The position numbers were made by a program, and so were the translations under genes. The notes beneath the pieces are model-generated. The model had not been told where the DNA came from. It saw nothing but the letters and a program-made list of their open reading frames with translations, and made no database searches. Positions 54,030-64,000 of a stretch of DNA of 64,000 nt are shown piece after piece. The DNA is from the human T2T-CHM13v2.0 reference genome, Homo sapiens. Location of the stretch: NCBI RefSeq assembly GCF_009914755.1, contig NC_060927.1. One strand, 5' to 3'. Each line of letters begins with the position of its first letter. The stretch's first letter is position 1.

Positions 54030-55959
54030 ACAGGCTAACTCCTACCCTGACATATGACATATGACATGAGGATGAATGGAGCCAGGGACTGACCTCACTT
54101 CAGATTAGAAAGGATTGGGTCATGGTGTCATTAATTTAGGAAGGAGCACAAGCCTGCTGACTCTTGCCCTGCTGACCTTTGTGGCTGCTCTTTTAGGATG
54201 TCTGAATGGCTTCTGTACTGTTGATATGCTCTTTCTCCCTGTGCAGTACTTCTTCCCGTAGACCTCAATGGCTGCCCTACCACCTCCCATTGGATTTGTC
54301 AGCTTTACCCTGCCCCATTTTTTTTTTGTTCTGATAATCCTTCATATAATTCAAGTGAATAAACCAGAGGTCATTTAACTCAATTTTCCTTCCCACCTCT
54401 GATTTGGATTACTCTATTTAGCAGCTTATTTACCTAGATCAGTCAAAATTTTTCTCATTTCAAGCTTATTGTATTCCTACTATTCATATTTCAAACATAT
54501 TCATGGTCCCTGAACCCTCACTTTTTCTATGAGGTACTCCCTTTCCCTCTGAAAGAGTAAAATAACATGTTTTCAGAAATAAGAAATGCCTGCCAATCTT
54601 CACTGATATTTGGAGATGTTGTCACATCAACAGCCTAACTCATCTGCTGAGCCTGCAGTGATGGGAATAGGGTCTTTCTTGGATAACCCAACACATTTCT
54701 TTCTTGCAGGGCCTTAGATATACAGAAATCAAGAGAGGAAGTCTATGTTACACTACTCTTCTGCTATAGTATCATCTTTTACCAGCTGCATGTGCTTAGA
54801 CATTTTGCCTTTCTGTTTATTCATTGATAAAATGGTCACCATAATACTTTTTTTTTCTTCTGAGGTAAATAGATTCCTGTGTTAGAAATTTCTTTCAAAA
54901 TGTCTACTGTAAATCATTGCAGTTACTATAAATCCCACTACAATAAATGCAGCACGGTTAATTTGGGTTAGGCAAATAACCTCCAGGCTATAACTAGGAA
55001 GTGGAGATAGCATAGAACTTCGAGGAGGATGTTATACTGGGGAAAAGAACAACAGAAAAGAGTTGGTGAGAAAAAAATATTATAGATATTTCATGGATAA
55101 GGAACCATTAAAAAAGAAAGTACAGAGCACACAACTTAAGGCATGAGATTCATGACTGCAAAAGATATTTAAGAGAGGCTCTGCTATCCTGACAAGAAGT
55201 GGAAGATGCCTCCACAGGCCTCCACAGGACCCTTCCAGCATCTCCGGTGTTCAACATTTCTAAGATTAGTATCTGTTGCTCCCTCTGTCTTGCTAATCTG
55301 ACTTGACTTCATTCTTTCCAAAACATTGTGGGTAAAATCTCCTACTGGAAGGCTGCCTTGGAATACTCAAGTTGTGCTACTCCTCTTGGCTCTTATATCT
55401 TCCTGAGCATTATTTAATAATATTTATCACTATATTATATTGAAACCATCAATAAATCAGTCAGCTATTTTCACAGAAAAGACAATGTGTGTTCTTCTTT
55501 GGCCTCTGAAAACACAGGGCAATGCCTGCCTGAATGGCTCATATTAGGTTCTTTACAATCTAAACAGAACTGCAATTAATTCCTGTAATCTTTAGCCTAT
55601 ATTAAAAGCACAGTCTTTGGTCTTCAACCATTTTAATACTAAGATTTTATCATTCTAATTCTATGTCTAACTCAATTAACACAAGCTGAATTTTTCACCT
55701 CCTTTTCTGGAACTTCTCAGAGATTATTTCTTTAATTGCAATATTTTCATCCAAAGACACCTGTCAAATTCCTTGCCTCTTTGCAGACTTAACTCAAATC
55801 TCATTTATAAAGGAGCTGTTTATAAAAAACTCTTTTTGACTTCTCCATTAAGAAAAAATTTATACTATTTTCTCATTGCTTCTGCCCTCCTCATTTCAAT
55901 GTATCATGTCAGTTCTTGTCTTACAGCCCCAAAAGGAGTCTACATTTGTTTTAAAACTG

Positions 55960-56085
55960 TAAGGCCACTGAAAGGACAAAAGCTACAAGTCAAAAGAATT
56001 TGGATTGAGTCCTAGCTCTGCTATTAACTAGTTTGCGGACTTAACCAAGCCATAATTTTTGAAAAATTGATTCCTCTTATATTGA
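55960..56085 (+). mobile_element. MIR fragment
   Basis: ggattgagtcctagctctgctattaactagtttgcggacttaaccaagcca. Confidence 0.55.
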
Positions 56086-59000
56086 AACTATACACATACT
56101 CAAATATATTATCTGTGTTAGTATAACATTTGATGTTATGCTATGTTTTGCATATGCTACCAGAAAATAAGGCTTTAAAATGCTGATTTATTTGTTACTC
56201 CTTTAACAAGTATGGGAATTGGAAGTAATATTTAACAGAGTAAAAAGTAATATAAAAATCAAAATACGTGTTCTGCTACTATGGAAAAATATATAACACC
56301 ATCTAGTTACTCCTTGTCCTAAAAGAATGTGTGATGTATTTGTTAGAATACATAGTACAATTCAATATGTATAGTCTATAAATTTCAAACTATAAGCATG
56401 AAAAAAATACTGAAACAAAGGATTTATTAGTAAAATGCTTATTTTTTATCATTTTTTGAGGGAGATACTATGCTTGCTATAATTTCAGACTCTGATTATG
56501 ATTGATGGAGCCTTTGCTGTGCTAAGTAATAACTTAATAGGAAGGGACCTATCTATTATCCAGTATAATCCAAAATGCTTTATTTACTTTCTATACCATC
56601 CTCCACTTTCCATAATTCAATTCAAGGTATTTCTATGATCATATATAATTTTCCTCATTTATTTTAATATATATTAATAACAAAATCATTAACACTCAAT
56701 TTAATTGGAAATCTTTCAAAATTATATATCATAGTTTATTATTAATGTATTTTTATTATTCCTGGTTTCTGTTATATATGACATGTTGTGGCTGCTGTGT
56801 TATTACTGCTTTTTAATGAATACTTGCAGATTTTAGCTAATCTGCAACTTCACATGGTAAAATGTAGAGAACAGTAATATTCTGTAGTTTTGAAAATAAA
56901 ATATCTTTGACAATATTATTCTGTTTGTTTAAAATGTGGTTCATGTCATAAGTATCATGTCCTATAACATAATAATATAAAACACCAAGATCAATAAATC
57001 AGATCAAATATAGAAACATTTTTTAAAAATTATGTATGTAGATAATATTTTTATTTTGACAGTATAATAAAGAGATAATTAAAAATTGGAGAAAATTTCT
57101 TTCCAAATTGGTATAAATCCTGAATTATAGTTTTTTTAAATATGTAGTTTTAGTCTAATGCCACCAAATTTATATTGTATATCTTGGGAAGAATCCTTAC
57201 TTAGTAGAATCCCTTGGGGGAACTGTTTTACTGCTTAGCTAAGAACTATTTAAGATTAACGTTTCAATTATTTGACAGCAAACGTGATCTTAAAAAGTGT
57301 TTTAAGAGCTCTAAAACACTTATTATCTTAAGTAGTTGGAAATGGTCTTTCACTTTATGTACACTCTTAATTTGATTAACATTTGTTATAGAGCTTATAG
57401 AGATAAATGTCAGCCTAAAACCGGGCTGAAGTGCTAAAAATTTTGAATTAAAAAAATGCAACTTAATGAGACCTTACTGCAGATCTTCACAAAACCCACA
57501 TAGAAATGCTCAATGTCTTGCACATTGAGTTACTATTAGAATGACATGGAGTCCATACAAGATTATTCTTAAATTATATATCTTCAGTTTATTGTTTTAA
57601 TATTCTGAAGTGTTTGCATAATAAAATAAATGACTTACATATGTTGTAGAGTGGTATTCCTATACTTCTAAAGTTAGGAAAAAAAGGAAAAACCTTCATT
57701 TCCGATAAAATTGACACAGTAGAAAACTCACCCTCTCTTTGGAATATAATCGAAAGAAAAGATCCACGTATTTCAAATCAAGCTATATAATTTTAAGTAC
57801 TTATTAGAGTTTGAAATTGCAATTATTATTTTAAATAAAACATAGTAGAATAGTGATATTATGAGAAAGGATTAATATTCACCTAGAAACAAGACATATT
57901 TATTGACTCTTATGTGTTGTCCGGCATACCCAATTCCCCATGACAATAAAGGTGAAGATGTAAATTTCTACTTGGATTGTTCTGATCTCAGGTGAATTCA
58001 TGCAGCATGTCAGGAGAGACTTTCCTATCCCAGAGTTTTCTCAAACAGCCCTACCAACTAATTTGAACAATGGACATGGCAATGAGAATAGATCTAAAAG
58101 ATTTATTAACTACCCAGAAATAACAGAGTCAGTGGGAGAAGCATAACACATTAGCGGAAATAACAGGTTTTCAGATCTCTAGAAATTCTTTAATTAGTAT
58201 GCGTAGCTATCCCCAATTTTATATAATCAAACACATTTTCCTTTGTTTCCTCTTTTAACTCCAGTTCCAAAGTCTGGGAGAACTACATACCCCCCAGCGT
58301 TGTCCCATAGTGCTGCTTGCTTCAGCACCCAACTAACACGTCAACACCCACTTCCTTTTATTATCAAGATCCTTCTTTGATAAGAAAACCTAACAACATA
58401 TTTATTAAAGAGCATTTGAACCTTCACATGATAATATATTTTATGGTTAATTGTATTTCTTGTTAGTTTAACACATCGCTGGTGTGCATATGATTATTGA
58501 GTTGTGGGAGGTATCATTGGACTTGCATTTTATCTGAATCAGCACATTAATGTTCTCGGTTATAACTAGATGACACTGTAATTTTTCTCACTCAGAAGAG
58601 GATGCTGTTATGATTAACCTAGACACCAGACAATGTTCCGTAGGGTATGGTGTTCTTCATATGAAATTGCTGAAGTCTTTAAACTGTGTGTGGAAAAAAT
58701 TGAGTGGATTACTTCTGAACTTATAATTAAGGATATGACAGTTGATTTGTGCTGCTTCTTAGAAGAAGGACTCACAGGTGATACTCTATGACTTACTCAT
58801 TTAAGTAGGTATGTTATGGATTAAATGTGATCACACAATTTTTAAAACCATAAATTCCTTTATTAAGTGAAAAGAGCTTTTTTAAAAGATGCTCTTATGA
58901 TGCGCATAGTAAGATGCTAGTGGTGGTAGAACTAATTAGTTTGATAATTACGTAGGAACTTGTAATATGACCCTTTCCAAATCACTACAATTTGTATTTA

Positions 59001-60629
59001 AAACAATGTTAGACCAAGGAGATGAGAATATTTATACATATTGTGGAAGTTTTTCATGATATCTAAAATGTAATTGCAGAGGTATCATAAAGTTGTATTA
59101 TATTTGACATATTTGAAACAATGCCATGATATTATAAATGTCAGTGGTATATCCGTGGTATATCTATTTGACCAATAGATACCAATTTGCATAAAATATA
59201 CCCTTATGCTTGCAGCATTCTAATTAGAAGGAAAGTGTTAGTACTGTTCTAAATAACTTGAAACGTTTAAAATAAATAGATTTTAAGACAAAAAAAAAAT
59301 CTCAGCCTTGTTAAATCAGTTTGTTAGCATTTTCTTAAATGGAAACTTTCAATGATAATGGTTCAAATGAGAGAAACAAACTAAAACAACAACAACAAAA
59401 ATTACTTTCAGGCAATATTATTTTCTATCTCCAACAAATGAAGTAATACTTAACATTTTAGTTAATAAAATGTTAAATGGGGCTTATGGCTTAAAATTTT
59501 TTAGTTTAATGTCAGATTCAATATCTTTTTTTCTTTCAAATTTAGTGTAGTTATATAAAGAAGCATTCAAAATTTGGATAAAGTGAGCATGGTGATAAGA
59601 AAATCTAGAGTTTAACAATTTACTGCAACAATCTCAAGACATCCATTCTTAGTAGAGCTTAGTAAAAGAAACTAGAGTCGTGCTAGTGTTAGAAACAGCA
59701 TTCTGAGTGCCTAAAGTGAGCCCCATCCTGTCTCAGGAAGCAATAAGCTAACTCAGCCAGCTCTTTTTATCTCTAAACCAGGCATCTTTGAAACTCCAGC
59801 TATAGAGGAGGAAACCTAACGTGAGAGCTAGAAGCTTTTGCGTGAAGTCATATAATCAGTAGGAAAACCAATGCTCATGTGACTTATATTAGCCATTTTC
59901 CTTCCTAACTCTAATGAGATTAACTACGATCTTGTCTTGACAAACCAAAATTGATTTGAAGAAATATATATCCCAATATGATACAGGAAATTCAATCAAC
60001 TGTTATATTTGATGCAGAGAACATAGTGCCCCATGGTATTAGAGATGATCTTAAGAAATATGTCTTTGTCTGAACATGAGCAGAGAGGTTGAACTAGAAA
60101 AAAGAACAGAAAGAAGTAGCTTTATGTAAGGGGATTTTCCAGTTAAGAAGTTAGTTAATAATTACAGGTGGCCTGGATTCTTAGTCTTTTAAACCTCTTG
60201 CCCAATCCACAAAAACTATTATTACTTTGTTCATAAATCATATCTAGTTTAAGTAGGGGTCAGAGACACTTCCGGAGGAAATGTGTACCGTTTCCAAATA
60301 ATATTCTGAACCAGAAACCTTTCTCCAATGAAACTGTAAGCACATGTTTCAGCCCTCTTGTCTGTGATTTAGAACCCTGCAACAGCTGCTTTTGTTCTCC
60401 GTCACCATCTCAACATTGCCATGGTTATCTTTGCCTAGACTTGCATACCTATAATTTAGTTTTAGGGGAAACTTAATGGAAACTTATGTTACTCCACACT
60501 GGCATATGTGATACCTGTGCTATGTTTGGGTAGATCATATTTTTGTTATTATTAACAAAATTTTGTTAATTTATTTTGTTAATAATTAATTAATTTTGTA
60601 ATTATTTGTAACTATTAATTTTAATTTTG

Positions 60630-61770
60630 TTTTTACTAACATTTTGTCAAAATTTACATGCAGAGAAATACAGACATTTTAAGTGTAACATTTGATGATT
60701 TTTTGCCAAGCCGACATGAACAAAATCCAAACCCTAATTAGGATGGGCAACTATAGCTAACAAAAATTTATAGAATATTTCAAAACACCTAGAAGATTTA
60801 GAATGTTTCTAACACAAAGACATGAAAAATGTTTGAGGCAATGGATATCCCAATTACCCTAATTTGATGATGACACATTGTATGTATCAAAATATCACAC
60901 ATAACTTAGAAATATGTACAATTACTGTGAATCAATGAAAAATAAATTATCAGTTAAAAATATTTTCCTTATCTCAGGAAGTTTTTTTGTGCCTCCTTTT
61001 TAGATACACCCTACCACTTCTGAAGTAAATACTGTCTTGATTTCTGTCATCATAAATTTGTTTATTCATTATTCATGTAGTATCAGCAGCATTTGGTAAA
61101 ATAAGTATTCTTAAATTTAGCAATTTTAGTGGTTATAAAATATTATTTGATTGTGGGCTAAATATTCACTTTCCTAATAACTAATAATAATGAGCATCTT
61201 TTTCTCTGATTATTTTCCATATGTATATGTCCTTTGTAGCCATTTTTTCTAAATGTTTGCCATTTTAAAATATATTATATATATTCTTATTAATGAACTT
61301 TTAGTGTTTTTATATATTCAAGTTCTTTCTCAGACATATGTTTTGTGAATATTTTCTCTCATATTGATGTTTACACATTCATTTTCTTATTAGTATGTTT
61401 GTATATGGTTTAAAACATTCTATGAGATCTAATTTATCAAATTGTTTCATTTCTATTACAGTCAGTGCTTGCTGTGTCCTCTTTGATAATATTTTATTAA
61501 CTTAAGGTGGGCAAAATATTATCTTAGTTTTTTCCCAGATAATTTATACTTTCAATTATTATGTTTAGAATTATGATCATGGCTCAACGTAATTTTGTGT
61601 AGGATAAGCCATGGATAAAAGCTTATTATTTCTATGTGGTTTTCCAATGTCTCAACATCTTAATAAAAAGTTTTATTTTTCAAAAATTTTCTCAGGGAAT
61701 TTGTAGAAATTCAGATAACCATGGACATATGGATACATTTCTAGTTTCTATTCTTGTTCATTAATCTATA
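60630..61770 (-). mobile_element. Old L1M fragments (antisense), split by the L1MA piece
   Basis: T-rich L1 antisense motifs: ttcctaataactaataataatgagcatcttttt, tgtgaatattttctctca, atctaatttatcaa. Confidence 0.6.
60740..60947 (+). mobile_element. L1MA 3' terminal fragment
   Basis: gaatgtttctaacacaaaga...aatgtttgaggcaatggatatcccaattaccct...caaaatatcaca...aataaa. Confidence 0.85.
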
Positions 61771-61774
61771 AGCC

Positions 61775-62040
61775 TTAACCAATACAAAAAGGCAAGAAAA
61801 GAAAATGAGAGGCACACACATTGGAAAGAAAGAAGTAAAATTATCCTTATTTGAAAAGACTATGATCACATACCTAAGGATCAACAAAAACTCCAAGAAC
61901 TAATAAATAAGTTATCAAGTTTGCAGAATGAAAGATCAGTACAAAAAAGTCAATCATATTTCTGTATACTGGCAACAAACATAGGGCAATTAAAATCTAG
62001 AATTCCATACAATTTGCAGTTGATCTTTACAAAGCAAAAT
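61775..62040 (+). mobile_element. L1M ORF2 fragment
   Basis: ggcaagaaaagaaaat...attggaaagaaagaagtaaaattatccttatttg...gaactaataaataagtt. Confidence 0.7.
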
Positions 62041-62939
62041 AATTATAAGAAAAAAGGACATGTACATGTGAATGGGGTATTTCCAGGGACCTGTGAAGCA
62101 GGCCAAATAAAGACGATACTCTAGAGATAGCAATATATGAGGAGCTCCAAATAGAATGTTTCCTCCTGTGGCTACAAGGCTACTGGATTTTACAGCTACA
62201 GTGTGGTGGCAAAGCTGCTCCTTTTCAAGGCTACCACAAAGCTGTATGCAGAGGGGAGGTGTAAGTTGAATTAACATACCATAAGTCCTGCTGTTCTTAC
62301 TGAGGCTCAGTCATTTTCTTCTTGAATAAGTAGTTCTCAGATTATTGCAAGCTTTGATTAGTTTCCAGAGTTCTGTAAAAGTTGATTTTTTTTAACTTTT
62401 GCCAGGTTTTTTTTTAATTGCTATTATAGACAAATGGATTTACAGACATTCTTACTCCCATCCTGGAAGCTCTGCATCTTTATACTATTTTCACAGCTTC
62501 CTATATGTCTATAATTAACGAAAAATAAAAAGTTACAAGAAAATACGAAATGATCCAAATCACAAAATCACTCTGGGAGCATGGAAGAGCTACTGAGATA
62601 AAGCAAGTTAGATAAAGGGAAGTAAGGTAGAAAATCAGAGATAAGTGGAACATGGCTTTTGCCTGAGAATATTTCTCAAACTATTAGGAATGATCTATAG
62701 TTTTACTAGTTTAACAAAAAGTGAATATAAGCCCAGGGTATGACCAAAGGGAGAATCTAATAAGTGATCCCAAGGGGCTATACTCTCAGTGTAAATGTAA
62801 ATAAGAATTAAACCCAGCACAACTACTCACCACTTTTAAACCACTGCAAGAAAACCTGCCTTGGTATAGCACACAGCAAGAAAAACAAGTGTGCCTGAGA
62901 AGTTAAATGACTAGCCAGCTCTCAACTGAATTCACAGCC

Positions 62940-63420
62940 TGGAGTAGTTTTAAATATGTCACCAAACTATTTGATATGTTTCCCTTTAAGGAGTGGAGAC
63001 TAATTTCCTTTTTCTTGACTGTGGACTGAAATTAGTGCCTTGTAATCAATAGAAAACACGAGTGGAAATGATGGTTTGTGACTTTAAATTCTGTGTAATC
63101 AAAGATTCTTCCTCTGTCTCTTTGTTAGATTGCTCGCTCTGGGGGACATTGGATCCTATCTTGAGATCAGGTCTATGCAGAGGTATATTTATCAAAGAAA
63201 TGAAGTTTCCAGACAACAGTCAAGTGAGGGAGATATCTTGTAAGGCAATTCCCTAGCCCCAGTCAAGACTTCAGATCATCGCTGCCCAGACAACATCTTG
63301 ACTGCAACATCATGAGAGACTGTAAACTGGTACCACTCAGATAAACTGTCCCTAGATTCTTGACTTTCAAAAACGCTGTGACGTGCTACACTTTATCGTT
63401 ATATGTCACACAACAAAAAT
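62940..63420 (+). mobile_element. MLT1 (MLT1F-like) LTR
   Basis: ccccagtcaagacttcagat...catcttgactgcaacatcatgagagac...agattcttgact. Confidence 0.75.
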
Positions 63421-64000
63421 GTCTATTTCACAGCCCAAATTCCTGTTACATAAGTGTTGAGAAAACTCATAAATCTAGTATGTCTCTTTCCAATAGACAC
63501 CTAATTTCCTAGTGGAAATAAGAGAAAGAAATTCTCTCTGGAAAAATATATCTCATTTTCACAGTATTCTCAAACAATTTTCATAAGTATTATTTTCAAA
63601 AGAAAATAATTAATGTAATACAAAATATTTCTAAGTCACAAGGAAATAATACACTGAATTAAAATGCATATAAAAATTATACTAATAGAGCTATAATAAT
63701 CTTACATACTGGAATTAACAGAAACAGAATATAGAGGTAGGGAAAGAGGCTATTCTTGCTATTCAAAAAAAAAAAAACTTAAAAGGAGGGCAAGAAAAGT
63801 TTTATTAGTAAATAGCATGAAACCAAAGTTGGATGTGCATAACAGGCAATCTTTCAGACATTACGAAGTCAGAAAGAGGTTTTACTCTTTTATAAAGCCA
63901 ACCAGGTATAACCCATCTCATACAGGCTCTGAAGATAAACAACAAAGAGTCTTTAATTAAGAGGACTTGACAGCACCATTTGTCATACATAGATCACCTT

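Noticed and set aside
58275-58300. ZNF143/THAP11-like ACTACA...CCCAG motif
   Set aside because: Spacing is two bases too long and there is no promoter or CpG context
60551-60570. Perfect 20-bp palindrome attaacaaaattttgttaat, and short 9-11 bp stems near 33477, 45941 and 59450
   Set aside because: Short and AT-rich; expected by chance or slippage at this base composition

Overview
AT-rich, CpG-poor primate (human-like) genomic DNA, either intergenic or deep intronic. I can support no host protein-coding exon, CpG island, rRNA, tRNA or CRISPR array. Most ORF-track calls are chance or repeat-derived. The window is dominated by transposable elements. The main one is a minus-strand HERV9/LTR12 provirus (19773-28279, ATAG target-site duplication). 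It has decayed gag/pro, an uninterrupted ~1.4 kb RT frame, no integrase and a TM-only env remnant. Its 5' LTR has lost its enhancer/promoter, while the 3' LTR kept it. Also present: a full-length THE1B MaLR (38449-40728), several solo LTRs, an ancient ERVL remnant, five Alus, many L1/L2/MIR fragments and two hAT relics. The clearest unexplained feature is a 119-nt near-perfect inverted repeat at 13461-13579. It has 57-bp arms, all four mismatches are G:U wobbles on the + strand, and it is flanked by AGTG direct repeats. Repeat subfamily names come from remembered consensus sequences and need RepeatMasker/Dfam confirmation.
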